Positions 26,226 through 36,282 of a stretch of 40,229 nucleotides of DNA are shown here, piece by piece (the first letter of the stretch is position 1; every line of letters starts with the position of its first letter). The stretch is from the NCBI GenBank assembly GCA_030591685.1, contig JAUVAX010000004.1, forward strand, positions 1-40,229, written 5' to 3'. This stretch comes from Pseudobdellovibrionaceae bacterium. GTDB lineage: Bacteria; Bdellovibrionota; Bdellovibrionia; Bdellovibrionales; UBA1609. The translations under genes were made by a program, and so were the position numbers. The notes beneath the pieces were generated by a model. It worked only from the letters and a program-made list of their open reading frames with translations. It had not been told where the DNA came from and made no database searches.

Positions 26226-26573
26226 ATGAGCACAAATACAGATTCAGAAATTGTCACTTCGATCGCCTCTGACCCAGAGGTTCGAGCGTTTATCAACCAG
26301 CAGGTCCAAAAATTAAAGCCCTATTTAATACAGTCCGGGACCTGTGGGGTTAAAATTGACGTCTCAAAGGACTCCCCATCTAAGAAAATGGTCAGTTTTT
26401 ATTACACCGTAGATAACGAAGTGATCAAAGCCCAGGCCGAGCATGAGGATGTGTTTCAAGCCACCATCCAGGCTCGTAAAAATATGCAAGAGGGGTTAAA
26501 TAAGCTCATCAACTCGGTAGATGATATCGCAGCTTATACTCATCGAAAAAAACCGACAAGCAACTCACACTAA
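26226..26573 (+). CDS. HPF/RaiA-like (ribosome hibernation fold) protein, divergent
   Basis: SD AAGGAGG. VRAFINQQVQKLKPYL...IKAQAEHEDVFQATIQARKNMQEGL matches the HPF pattern LREY..KKL.KL...AEA...DMYAAID. Confidence 0.6.
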   Translation: MSTNTDSEIVTSIASDPEVRAFINQQVQKLKPYLIQSGTCGVKIDVSKDSPSKKMVSFYYTVDNEVIKAQAEHEDVFQATIQARKNMQEGLNKLINSVDDIAAYTHRKKPTSNSH

Positions 26574-26669
26574 GCATAACACTTCATTGAATGCACAATT
26601 AAGAGCAAATAAATGAAGGCCGCTTGTTTTATATTGATCGGGAGCCACCTTATTTAGTTTTATTAAAAC

Positions 26670-28793
26670 TCACTTGGGCCGATTGGCCCTTGTGTTTTTT
26701 TTGTTTCTTTTTTTGGATTTAGTTTTTGATGGGCCCGATGATTTATCATGACGATTTTCGTATTTTTTTTTGTTTTTAGATTTTTTATTTCGTTTCTTTT
26801 TTGAAAAAGCAGCCTTTGGCCTTTCTTCTTCTGGCACACTGCTTTTAACTCTTCTTTTTTCACCATCTGCTAAACAGAAATCAATTTTACCTTGATCAAT
26901 ATCGCAGCGGGCAATCACTATTTTTAACTCATCACCGACTGAGTATTTCATCCCACTTTTACGGCCCACAAGCTGGAGGTTTTCCTCATCGTACTTAAGG
27001 GACTCCGAAGACAACTCCTCAATGCGAACTAAACCATCGACGTTGTACATTCTTAAAGAAACAAACACACCAAACTTAGTTACAGATGATATGATGCCAT
27101 CAAACTCTTCACCAATATGCTTTTGCATAAATCGAGCTTTTTTAATGGCATCAATAAACCGCTCGGCCTTTACTGATCGCTGCTCACAAGCGCTTAGTAC
27201 AGTACCGGCCGTTTCTAGGTCGTCTAAACTCATTTTGGCATAACCCTTTTTCGAGTACAGAACTGACTTAATAAGCCGGTGAATGATTAAATCGGGATAA
27301 CGACGTATGGGTGACGTAAAATGTGAATAATCATCAAACCCCAATCCAAAATGACCCACGTTATGTGGCGAATACTTCGCCTGACTCATAGAACGGAGGG
27401 TAAGAATATTTAAAATTGTCGCCTGAGGCTTACCCTCAAAGCTTTGAAGGGCCGAAGTGAGCCTCTTTTGCAACAGGCCCCCTCGCGGCATAAAAACACC
27501 CTGAGCTGACAGATAATTTTTTAACACCTCAATAGCAACTTCATTAGGCTCGTCATGAATTCTAAATAAGGCCGGAACATCTTTGCCCGTCAAATACTTA
27601 GCAACAGCTACGTTGGCCATTAACATCATTTCTTCAATTAATCTGTGAGCGAAGAGGCGCTCTGACTTAATAATATCTACGGGCTCACCGGCTTCATCTA
27701 ACTCTACTATAGTTTCAGGCACATTCAGCTCTAAAGAGCCGTTTTTAAAGCGATGTGCTAATAATATTTTAGATAAATCTTTAGCTAATAAAATTTTGTC
27801 TTTAACAGAGTCATGTTTTTTAACTTCATTACCATCGATAATCTCTTGGGCCTCACCGTAAGTAACCCTTGCATGGCTGTTTATAACGGCTTCAAAAAAT
27901 TCAAACCCCTGTAGGTCCCCTGTAAAACCTATATTCATTTTAGCCACAAAGGCTAATCGATCTACATTTGGTTTTAAAGAGCACAGTTCATTACTTAAAG
28001 CCTCTGGCAACATGGGAGAGACAAAATTAGGGAAATATGTACTCGTACCCCTTATATAAGCCTCTTTGTCTATGTGGCTTCCGGGCTTAACATAATGGCT
28101 CACATCTGCAATCGCCACAAAAAGTGTAAAACCAGATTTTGTTGACTCAACTAAAATAGCGTCGTCGAAATCTTTAGCCGTTTGCCCATCGATAGTAATA
28201 AAGGGCTTACTGGTTAAATCAACTCGCCCTTTTTTGTCCGACTCACTAACTGTGCTGGGCAAATCTTTGGCTTGCTTTTCGGTCTCATAGGTAAATTCAT
28301 GGGGGATATTTCGCAACACCAACACTCTCTTGTTATCGGTCTGGGGGTCTACAGCGTCGCCAATATGAGCCAGCACTTTACCGGTAAAACCCTTTTTTGA
28401 CTCAGGGTAGTTGGTGATTTCTACCTCCACCCAGTCACCCTCTGTGATTTTACCCTCCACAGAGTGCTCTACAATAAGGTCAGCACCCCAAGCTAGGGAT
28501 TCATCTCGTAAAATACTTAAATTTTCGTTGAGTCTGTAGATTCGGCCGACTATTTTTTTTGTGCCACGCTCTAAAAGTTTTTCAATACTTCCTCTAAACC
28601 GAAGCCCGCCAGGCTCAGGTGTAATGCGAACCTCAACACGGTCAAGACTCATTACAGATCTCATATGTTTTTTAGGTATATAAACATCTGGGACATGAGA
28701 ATTGTCGGGGATAAAAAAGCCAAACCCATCAGGGTGTCTTTTAATTACACCCTGTTGGATGGGGTCAAATGCCTCGGGCCTCTTATTTGCCAT
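26670..28793 (-). CDS. rnr: Ribonuclease R
   Basis: HPDGFGF cold-shock domain, TIDGQTAKDFDDA, VAIADVSHYV, HFTSPIRRYPD, S1 domain, Lys-rich tail. Confidence 0.96.
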   Translation of the reverse strand: MANKRPEAFDPIQQGVIKRHPDGFGFFIPDNSHVPDVYIPKKHMRSVMSLDRVEVRITPEPGGLRFRGSIEKLLERGTKKIVGRIYRLNENLSILRDESLAWGADLIVEHSVEGKITEGDWVEVEITNYPESKKGFTGKVLAHIGDAVDPQTDNKRVLVLRNIPHEFTYETEKQAKDLPSTVSESDKKGRVDLTSKPFITIDGQTAKDFDDAILVESTKSGFTLFVAIADVSHYVKPGSHIDKEAYIRGTSTYFPNFVSPMLPEALSNELCSLKPNVDRLAFVAKMNIGFTGDLQGFEFFEAVINSHARVTYGEAQEIIDGNEVKKHDSVKDKILLAKDLSKILLAHRFKNGSLELNVPETIVELDEAGEPVDIIKSERLFAHRLIEEMMLMANVAVAKYLTGKDVPALFRIHDEPNEVAIEVLKNYLSAQGVFMPRGGLLQKRLTSALQSFEGKPQATILNILTLRSMSQAKYSPHNVGHFGLGFDDYSHFTSPIRRYPDLIIHRLIKSVLYSKKGYAKMSLDDLETAGTVLSACEQRSVKAERFIDAIKKARFMQKHIGEEFDGIISSVTKFGVFVSLRMYNVDGLVRIEELSSESLKYDEENLQLVGRKSGMKYSVGDELKIVIARCDIDQGKIDFCLADGEKRRVKSSVPEEERPKAAFSKKKRNKKSKNKKKYENRHDKSSGPSKTKSKKRNKKNTRANRPK

Positions 28794-28801
28794 TTAAACT
28801 C

Positions 28802-29509
28802 TTAGAAATAATATGTGTACCCCACCGACCCCATAATACCCGAGAGGCTAACGCCGACATCACTATTGTTGATTTCATATTCACCATTTAAAGCCGTGCC
28901 CGTATGAATGGCCGCTGGGGCCCCAGTCACTGCATCTACTGTTGTTCGTTCAATAGGTAAATACCTTAAGTTACCTTCAACTGTCATGCAGTGACTTGTG
29001 CCAGCAAAGCAAAACTCAGCCCCTAAGCCAGCAAGACTGCCCATTGCGTTACCGGAATATTCTACTTTAACAGCGGCCTCTGTAACCGTGCCATTCACAA
29101 AACCCCAACCAACGCCAGCGTTAACGAAAAACTTAAATATCTTACTCTCTAAGACATTAAACCTTAAGACTGGAAAGATAGTAAAACCTGAAACCTCGTA
29201 ATTATAAGGGTTGCTCGCCCCGTCGGACCCTGTCTCAGAAAATGAAAAGTAAGAAGGCCTTAACTGAAGCGCCACCATACTTCCTGAAAACCGATAACTC
29301 CAAAAACCCGAATACTCAAGGCCACTACTCATTTTTGAGGTTGAAATGCCTCCGACACGGGTGTTTGCATCTGAAATTAATGTGATAATGTCTGTTTGGT
29401 CCCCTGTTGAAGTGAGCCCCAAAACAACACCTATCGAAAACCCACCCTTGCCTTTTGCAAAACAAACGGGTGTAGCTATGAGTGTTAAAATTAATACTAA
29501 AGTCTTCAT
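28802..29509 (-). CDS. Outer-membrane beta-barrel protein (small, OmpW/OmpA-like)
   Basis: Signal peptide, alternating strands (FFVNAGVGWG, GLGAEF), terminal VGYTYYF beta-signal. 8 nt upstream of rnr. Confidence 0.75.
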   Translation of the reverse strand: MKTLVLILTLIATPVCFAKGKGGFSIGVVLGLTSTGDQTDIITLISDANTRVGGISTSKMSSGLEYSGFWSYRFSGSMVALQLRPSYFSFSETGSDGASNPYNYEVSGFTIFPVLRFNVLESKIFKFFVNAGVGWGFVNGTVTEAAVKVEYSGNAMGSLAGLGAEFCFAGTSHCMTVEGNLRYLPIERTTVDAVTGAPAAIHTGTALNGEYEINNSDVGVSLSGIMGSVGYTYYF

Positions 29510-29643
29510 TTAATCCCCTTTTATTATCTAATCATTATTACTATAATAGTCTCCCATAGAAGAAGAAATTTTCAATGAAATTATGGGGCACAGATAAATA
29601 AAACTCATTAAAGTATCTGACAAACTAAGCTACACTCACAGTC

Positions 29644-30441
29644 ATGACTTTAAAAAAAATATTAATGGCGAGCCTAGATAGCTTTTACAACTACTACCCC
29701 CAACCAAAGCCTGACATTAATACTCTGGCCAAGGCCCAACTCATTGCACACAGGGGCAATCACCTGCAGTTTACTGAAAACACTATCGAGGCCTTTCAGT
29801 CCTGTTTAGACTCTGGTGTTTTTGGTATTGAATTTGATGTCCGCTGGACTAAAGACCACGAACCTATAGTATTGCATGACCCTACGCTCTCCAGAGTTTT
29901 CAAACGAAATGATTTTTGCCCTTCAAAAGTGACCGTTAAGGAGCTCAAAAGCAAAGAGCCCCGCATACCCACCCTTAAAGAGGTTCTTGAGCTATTTTCA
30001 AAAAAAATTCACCTCATGATCGAACTGAAAACCCCTGTGGATAACTATGCTGAGTTGAGCACTAAACAGCAACGGCTAGAGAACCTCTTACAAACCCTAA
30101 CACCCGGGGCAGACTTTCATATCATGTCTCTTGACCCTAAAAATTTTGACCTTGTGCCCTCTATACAAAAATCAGCCCTTTTAAGTATTGCCGAAACAAA
30201 TACTAAAAGTGTTCTTAAATGGACTCATGAGCTGTCTCTAGGTGGGTACACGGGCCACTATGCTTTAATCAACGAGAGCTTACTTAAAAAACTAAAGGAT
30301 TTAAATTTTAAAACTGGTACTGGATTTATAAATAGTAAAAATCTTTTATTTAGAGAACTCCATAGAGAAGTGGATTACTTGTTCTCAAATAATCCACTTC
30401 TTGTCCAAAAAATAATCCAAGAGGCTAAACAGAGCCTCTAG
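29644..30441 (+). CDS. Glycerophosphodiester phosphodiesterase family protein
   Basis: IAHRG, ENTIEAF, IEFDVRWTKD..PIVLHD, IPTLKEVL, IELK. Confidence 0.9.
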   Translation: MTLKKILMASLDSFYNYYPQPKPDINTLAKAQLIAHRGNHLQFTENTIEAFQSCLDSGVFGIEFDVRWTKDHEPIVLHDPTLSRVFKRNDFCPSKVTVKELKSKEPRIPTLKEVLELFSKKIHLMIELKTPVDNYAELSTKQQRLENLLQTLTPGADFHIMSLDPKNFDLVPSIQKSALLSIAETNTKSVLKWTHELSLGGYTGHYALINESLLKKLKDLNFKTGTGFINSKNLLFRELHREVDYLFSNNPLLVQKIIQEAKQSL

Positions 30442-30608
30442 AAAAAAATCTACAAAAGTCGCTTAGTTTGATAAAAGAAATGGGCAAAAGGGGTCAATAC
30501 GCCTCGTCAAAAACCTTTTGCAAACTCGACTAGGGTGATTTTTACAAAAAACGGCCATACCTAACCCTGTAAATGCTTACAAATTGAGAGCCCTTACCCC
30601 CCTAAAAC

Positions 30609-30636
30609 TTGAAATTAAATATCATACGCTTATAGT
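30609..30636 (+). promoter_or_regulatory. sigma70-type promoter
   Basis: TTGAAA-N16-TATAGT, 36 nt before the ATG at 30673. Confidence 0.45.
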
Positions 30637-30672
30637 TTGTTCTCAATTATTAAATAACGAAAGGCCCCAAAA

Positions 30673-31617
30673 ATGAGCTTTAAATATGATCGAGTCCCAG
30701 AGCTGAGCCTAAACCAATATATTGAAGGTAATGACATCGATCGAGCTCATTTCTGCAAACAACTTTACGATGGCTTTCAATATTTTGGATTTATTATTCT
30801 AAAAGATCACCCCGTCTCCACCGAACTTCTTGATAAGGCCTATGAGCAAAACAAGGCCCTCTTTGACCTAGATGATCACTTAAAATTAAAATATAACGCT
30901 CAGTTTGGTGGGCAGCGGGGCTACACGCCTTTTGGTAAAGAGTCAGCAAAGGGTTGTGACTTTCCGGACCTAAAAGAGTTTTGGCACCTCGGGCGAGAGC
31001 TCACCTCAAATAGCCCCTACTTTAAAGTCACACCTCAAAACGTATGGCCCGATGAGCTCAATGAATTTAAAACTACATTTCAAACTCTGTTTACGGCACT
31101 TGAAAAAACCGGCGATATCATGCTCGAAGCTTTAACTCCTGGGCTTGATGTACCTAAAGACTATTTTCGCAACATGACTCACGAAGGAGACACTAAGCTT
31201 CGCCTTCTTCATTACCCTCCTATAGATAAAAATGCCGATCCAAATTGCGTACGAGCCGCTGCCCATGAGGACATAAACCTAATCACAGTCCTCGTTGCAG
31301 CCACGCAAACAGGCCTTGAGCTACTCGACCGCGAGGGCCAGTGGTTACCTGTTGAGACTGATAAAAATAATCTTATTGTAGATGCCGGAGATATGCTCGC
31401 CCGAATTACAAACGACGTTGTACCAGCAACAACACACAGGGTTGTTAACCCTAAAGGTGAAAACGAAAGTCGCTACTCAATGCCGTTTTTTATTCATCCT
31501 AAAACAGATGCCCCGTTGAAATGCATTCCCTCTTGCTTAGGTAAGGGCTCTAAGTACCCTGAAGTGTCTGCCGGTGACTTTTTACTCGAACGCCTTAAAG
31601 AACTGGGGCTTATGTAA
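30673..31617 (+). CDS. 2-oxoglutarate/Fe(II) oxygenase, isopenicillin N synthase family
   Basis: GQRGYTPFG.E.AK, DLKEFW, LRLLHYPP, AAHEDIN (HxD), THRV, RYSMPFF. Confidence 0.92.
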   Translation: MSFKYDRVPELSLNQYIEGNDIDRAHFCKQLYDGFQYFGFIILKDHPVSTELLDKAYEQNKALFDLDDHLKLKYNAQFGGQRGYTPFGKESAKGCDFPDLKEFWHLGRELTSNSPYFKVTPQNVWPDELNEFKTTFQTLFTALEKTGDIMLEALTPGLDVPKDYFRNMTHEGDTKLRLLHYPPIDKNADPNCVRAAAHEDINLITVLVAATQTGLELLDREGQWLPVETDKNNLIVDAGDMLARITNDVVPATTHRVVNPKGENESRYSMPFFIHPKTDAPLKCIPSCLGKGSKYPEVSAGDFLLERLKELGLM

Positions 31618-31748
31618 AGACCTATTGGCTTTATATAAACTTTTTACTGCGTAATATTTTAAAAATCACTGCTTTGAGGGCTTGCTTTTAAAAGCTCACA
31701 AAACTGTATTTTTTTAAAAAACGCTTAGGTCAACTCCACTAACAAAAG

Positions 31749-34439
31749 TTAAGATTTAAGCCTTTGCAGAGCCTCTCTCATTGAGGCAATGCGGATTTTA
31801 TAATCTTCAAGCTGTTTACGACCCAGCTCAACGACGTCCTCAGGGGCCTTACTTAAGAATTTTTCATTTGAAAGCCTTGAAGACAATTGAGATTGCTCTT
31901 TTTCTAATTTTTCAACTGACTTTTGTATGCGCTTTACCTCGTCATTAATATCAACAATACCAGAGAGTGGGATAACCACATCGACCTCCACGTCCCCAAA
32001 CCGAACCGTGGTCACAGCACATTGAGATAAGCTTTCAGGCTTTGACACCTCACACTCACCAAGCCCTGCAATTGAGACAATATAGGTTTTGTTTTCCCCT
32101 AATATTTTTTGAGATTTATCATCTTTTGGGTCAAGTATAGCTTTAAGCTTAATGCCTGGTTTAATACGGTTTTCACCCCGAATGTTACGAACGGCTGTAA
32201 TCACCTCACGAACTAAATCTAAATCAAAAGCCACCTCAGCACTGCCAGACTCTAACCACGATTTATCCTCTTTAACTGTTGGGTAAGAGTCTACGATAAT
32301 GGCCTCGCCTTTGAGGGGTAATTTTTGATACAGCTCTTCGGTTATAAATGGTGCAAAGGGGTGTAGCATCCTAAGTAAGCGGTTTAGAGTTTGAAGCATC
32401 ACCGTTCTTGTGGCTTGTTTTTCATTTAGGTTCTCACCATATAAAATGGGTTTTGAAAACTCTAAGTACCAATCACAAAACTCATGCCATGCAAAAGAGT
32501 AAATGGCATTTGCAGCGTCAGTAAAGCGATTTTGTGAGAGCGCCTCTTCTATTTTCTTTTCACACTCACCACACTTTTGAATCACCCACTGATCGGCATA
32601 CGAAAGGTCTGATTTATTTGCTATGGCCTCTGTGCCTCCGGCTGGAACCTCGTATCCCTCTAGATTAGAAAGCGTAAAGCGGGCCGCATTCCAAATTTTG
32701 TTCATAAAATTTCTATTACCCTCAAGCCTTTGCATTGAAAACTTAATATCCCGGCCCGAGCCGATCTGAGACATCAAAGTGAACCTTAAGGCATCGGCCC
32801 CGTATTGATCTATTAATTCTACAGGGTCAACAGCGTTATTTAATGACTTTGATAATTTGCGTCCTTGAGCATCTCTGACAAGCCCATGAATGTAGACCGT
32901 TCTAAATGGCACATCACCGACGAACTCTAAGCCCAACATCATCATGCGAGCGACCCAGAAAAATATAATATCCTGGCCCGTAACGAGTACACTTGTGGGG
33001 TAAAAAGTTTTTAAGCTCTCTGTTTCTTCGGGCCAACCTAAAGTTGAAAAGGGCCAAAGTGCTGACGAAAACCAAGTGTCTAAAACGTCATCTTCTTGCT
33101 TTAAGTTTTCAGATTTACACTCTTCACACTCTACAGGGTCCTTTTCACTGACTGTGATAAACTCGCAGTCTTGACAATACCATGCCGGTATTTGATGTCC
33201 CCACCAAAGCTGTCTCGAAATACACCAGTCCTGTATGTTGTTCATCCAGTGCAGATAAGTTTTAATCCATTTTTCAGGTTCAAAAACCGTCGTACCGCTT
33301 TCAACCACTCTTTTTGCGGGGATGGAGATTTCTTTTGTGTTCACAAACCATTGCTCTGACAAAAACGGCTCCACAACACAGCCCGAGCGCCCACAATGCC
33401 CTACTGAGTGCTCGTGAGGTTCTGTTTTAACCAAAAGCTCTAAAGCCTCTAAATCTTTTACGACCTGCTCTCGGGCTTGTTTAACTGTTAAACCCTCGTA
33501 GGCTTCGCCTGCGTTTTCGTTAAGCTTACCGTCTCGCGTGAGCAGGTTAATAGACTCTAAATCGTGTCGCTTACCAATTTCGTAATCGTTAAAGTCATGC
33601 GCGGGTGTTATTTTTACCACTCCCGAACCAAAACTCTTATCAACGTATTCGTCTGCAATAATTTTAATTTTTCGACCCACTAATGGTAACTCAATAAACT
33701 TTCCGATAAAACTTTTATAGCGGTCATCATCGGGATGTACGCAAACAGCTGTATCCCCAAGCATTGTTTCAGGGCGTGTTGTGGCTACAACCACCTCTCC
33801 TGAACCGTCGGCCAAGGGGTACTTAATATGCCACAGCTGCCCTTTGGTGTTTTTATGCTCCACTTCTAAATCTGAAATAGCCGACCCTAAAGCCGGCGAC
33901 CAATTAATTAAACGATTGCCGCGATAAATGGACCCTTTTTTATAAAGATTTACAAAGACCTTTCTTACCGCCTTAGAAACCCCGTCGTCTAAAGTAAATG
34001 TGTGTCGTTCCCAATCACAACTATCACCAAGGCGTTTCATTTGTTCAATGATTTGGTTTCCGTACTGCTCCTTCCACTCCCAAGTGCGCTTTACAAAGGA
34101 CTCCCTACCAAGCTCTTGACGAGTGAGCCCCTCTTTTTTCAACTGTTTCTCAACGACACTTTGTGTGGCAATACCCGCATGATCAGAACCCGGCAGCCAA
34201 AGGGTATTAAAACCCATCATCCTTTTATAACGAATCAAAACATCCTGAATGGTATGATCTAAAGCATGCCCCATATGCAGCTGACCCGTTATGTTCGGTG
34301 GGGGCAAAATAATACAAAAAGGAGGCTTAGTGGAAGTCTCTTCACACTTGAAATAGCCCTTTTCCTCCCACCATTTATACCACTTAACCTCTACGCTAGA
34401 AGGGTCATAACGGTCATTAATCTGAGTAATTTCAGCCAT
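31749..34439 (-). CDS. valS: Valine--tRNA ligase
   Basis: PPPNITGQLHMGH, DHAGIATQ, DWCISRQLWWGH, DVLDTWFSS, KLSKS, C-terminal coiled coil with NEKFLSKAP. Confidence 0.98.
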   Translation of the reverse strand: MAEITQINDRYDPSSVEVKWYKWWEEKGYFKCEETSTKPPFCIILPPPNITGQLHMGHALDHTIQDVLIRYKRMMGFNTLWLPGSDHAGIATQSVVEKQLKKEGLTRQELGRESFVKRTWEWKEQYGNQIIEQMKRLGDSCDWERHTFTLDDGVSKAVRKVFVNLYKKGSIYRGNRLINWSPALGSAISDLEVEHKNTKGQLWHIKYPLADGSGEVVVATTRPETMLGDTAVCVHPDDDRYKSFIGKFIELPLVGRKIKIIADEYVDKSFGSGVVKITPAHDFNDYEIGKRHDLESINLLTRDGKLNENAGEAYEGLTVKQAREQVVKDLEALELLVKTEPHEHSVGHCGRSGCVVEPFLSEQWFVNTKEISIPAKRVVESGTTVFEPEKWIKTYLHWMNNIQDWCISRQLWWGHQIPAWYCQDCEFITVSEKDPVECEECKSENLKQEDDVLDTWFSSALWPFSTLGWPEETESLKTFYPTSVLVTGQDIIFFWVARMMMLGLEFVGDVPFRTVYIHGLVRDAQGRKLSKSLNNAVDPVELIDQYGADALRFTLMSQIGSGRDIKFSMQRLEGNRNFMNKIWNAARFTLSNLEGYEVPAGGTEAIANKSDLSYADQWVIQKCGECEKKIEEALSQNRFTDAANAIYSFAWHEFCDWYLEFSKPILYGENLNEKQATRTVMLQTLNRLLRMLHPFAPFITEELYQKLPLKGEAIIVDSYPTVKEDKSWLESGSAEVAFDLDLVREVITAVRNIRGENRIKPGIKLKAILDPKDDKSQKILGENKTYIVSIAGLGECEVSKPESLSQCAVTTVRFGDVEVDVVIPLSGIVDINDEVKRIQKSVEKLEKEQSQLSSRLSNEKFLSKAPEDVVELGRKQLEDYKIRIASMREALQRLKS

Positions 34440-34469
34440 TTACATGGTGCTCCTTGATGAATTTTACTC

Positions 34470-34498
34470 ACTTTAAACTATTTAGAACTCACTGACAA
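34470..34498 (-). promoter_or_regulatory. sigma70-type promoter of valS
   Basis: TTGTCA-N17-TAAAGT upstream of the AAGGAG SD. Confidence 0.45.
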
Positions 34499-34658
34499 GC
34501 CTGGCCCTAAATATCACCCATGGATCCCAATCTAGGCCCCTATATGCCCGGACAAATTAAGTGGCAAAATGCCCTCGAAGAATCATAAAAGGCAAATAAA
34601 CAAATGCTCTCGATAAGTATGCAATAGCTACTTGTAAAATCCAGTCCACTACCTAGTG

Positions 34659-34994
34659 CTAAGGAGTGTTTATTTTTAATAAGTATTTTTCTAAACCCTT
34701 AGGCCCACCTAAAACAAAATGAACATTTAACCTATTTTTTTTGAGAAGTTTTTTACAATAAAACTTCGCCACCCAATCCCAATGATGCAATAAAATTATT
34801 GGTTCAGACAGGTTTTCAACACGCCCCTGAATGTACTTTGTGAGGCCTAGTGGACGCACTTGAGTCGCTGAAGTTAAGGCCGAGCAAAGTGCTTTTGAAT
34901 CCTTTTTAATTTGATGCCCTCGGCGCATATCTATAAACACAAAAGGTATACGATTGTTCGTTAAGTTAACTACCTGGTATGGCTCTACTTCCAT
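34659..34994 (-). CDS. Rhodanese-like protein without catalytic Cys
   Basis: FIDMR, PIILL, NVHFVLGG fit the rhodanese pattern. Starts 1 nt after the MFS stop. Confidence 0.55.
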   Translation of the reverse strand: MEVEPYQVVNLTNNRIPFVFIDMRRGHQIKKDSKALCSALTSATQVRPLGLTKYIQGRVENLSEPIILLHHWDWVAKFYCKKLLKKNRLNVHFVLGGPKGLEKYLLKINTP

Positions 34995-34995
34995 A

Positions 34996-36222
34996 TCAAC
35001 TCTCTAAAGCTTTCATTGGGATTTTTTGATAATTCATGACGGCCATAACCAAAGTCAAAGCAACAAAACCTCCGCCAACAAAAAAGGGGGTTTCTGGGTG
35101 GTAGTATTTATATAAAAAACTCCCCATAAGGGGGCCCAGTATTCGACCCATTGATGAAAGGCTTTGTGAGATCCCCATCATTTGCCCCTGCTCTTTTGCT
35201 GAGGAGAGTAAACTGATGCTCCCCGCAAGAGAGGGGTTTGTTAACCCAATACCTATGCCCATAAATGTGATGGCCACCCCTAACATCCATATTTGTGAAC
35301 TTAAACCCACTCCGATTAAGCACACACTGTATAGAACACTACCTATAATTAAAGTTTTTCTCTCGCCTAGTTTCGGCATCAACTTGCGAACTAAGAACCC
35401 CTGAGTGAGGGCCATGATAAGTCCCATGTATGCAAAGCCAAGGCTGGCTTGGTCAAAGCTCCAACCAAATTTGTCATCAACATAGAGAAACATAGCCACC
35501 TCCATATGCCCCATGGCAATGGCTGCAAATAAGTACATCCACAGTAAAAAACCCTTTTCGGAACTCCACAACAACCCTGTAAGACTTGCCAGCCTTTGAT
35601 ACACACTTTGCCTTTTAGGAGTTAAAGCGCGTTTTGATTTTGGCAAACTCTCCCCTAAAGACCGGTAAGCCCATATAAAATTACCAAAACAAATTAACGA
35701 AGCCACTACGGCCCCTAGACTCATTCCAAAAGGGGGGGCTGTGCCCATCTGAAGACCTAGTCGGCCAAAAACGCCCCCAATAAAAGGACCCATTACAAAC
35801 CCTAAGCCAATAGCGGCCCCCACCATGCCCATAGTTTGAGACCTTTTATTTTCAGGAGTTATATCCGCCACGTAAGCCATTGCGGTTGAAATATTGGCCC
35901 CAAACAAGCCTGCAAACATTCGAGCTATAAACAACAATAAATAACTGTTCGCAAAGGCAAAGCCCATATGAGCGACTGCCGCCCCCAACAAGCTCATAAG
36001 TAAAATAGGTCTCCGGCCATAGCGATCACTTATCTGCCCCCAAAAGGGTGCAAATAAAAACTGCATAAGTGAGTAAATCGACATTAATAAGCCCACTTGA
36101 AAAGGATCAGCCCCAAACTGCCTAGATAAATAGGAGTGAAGGGGGATAACAATTCCAAACCCAACTAAATCTATAAAAACAATTAAAAAAATTAAAATTA
36201 AGGGCTTCTTTTCTGGTCTCAT
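34996..36222 (-). CDS. MFS transporter, TetA/DHA1 family
   Basis: FIDLVGFGIVIP, GQISDRYGRRP motif A, AYVADIT, GLGFVMGPFIGG motif C; about 12 TM segments. Confidence 0.92.
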   Translation of the reverse strand: MRPEKKPLILIFLIVFIDLVGFGIVIPLHSYLSRQFGADPFQVGLLMSIYSLMQFLFAPFWGQISDRYGRRPILLMSLLGAAVAHMGFAFANSYLLLFIARMFAGLFGANISTAMAYVADITPENKRSQTMGMVGAAIGLGFVMGPFIGGVFGRLGLQMGTAPPFGMSLGAVVASLICFGNFIWAYRSLGESLPKSKRALTPKRQSVYQRLASLTGLLWSSEKGFLLWMYLFAAIAMGHMEVAMFLYVDDKFGWSFDQASLGFAYMGLIMALTQGFLVRKLMPKLGERKTLIIGSVLYSVCLIGVGLSSQIWMLGVAITFMGIGIGLTNPSLAGSISLLSSAKEQGQMMGISQSLSSMGRILGPLMGSFLYKYYHPETPFFVGGGFVALTLVMAVMNYQKIPMKALES

Positions 36223-36282
36223 GACGGGTAAAGTAGCAAGTAACCGTAAGCGTTGCTACGAATTCAACGACTTGAAAGGAAA

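Noticed and set aside
30673..31617. IPNS-family gene as part of an antibiotic cluster
   Set aside because: Standalone gene with no NRPS or tailoring neighbours; the family is widespread.
34440..34658. T-box or riboswitch upstream of valS (also checked upstream of leuS)
   Set aside because: No T-box consensus or terminator/antiterminator; the valS promoter match lies close to the start.
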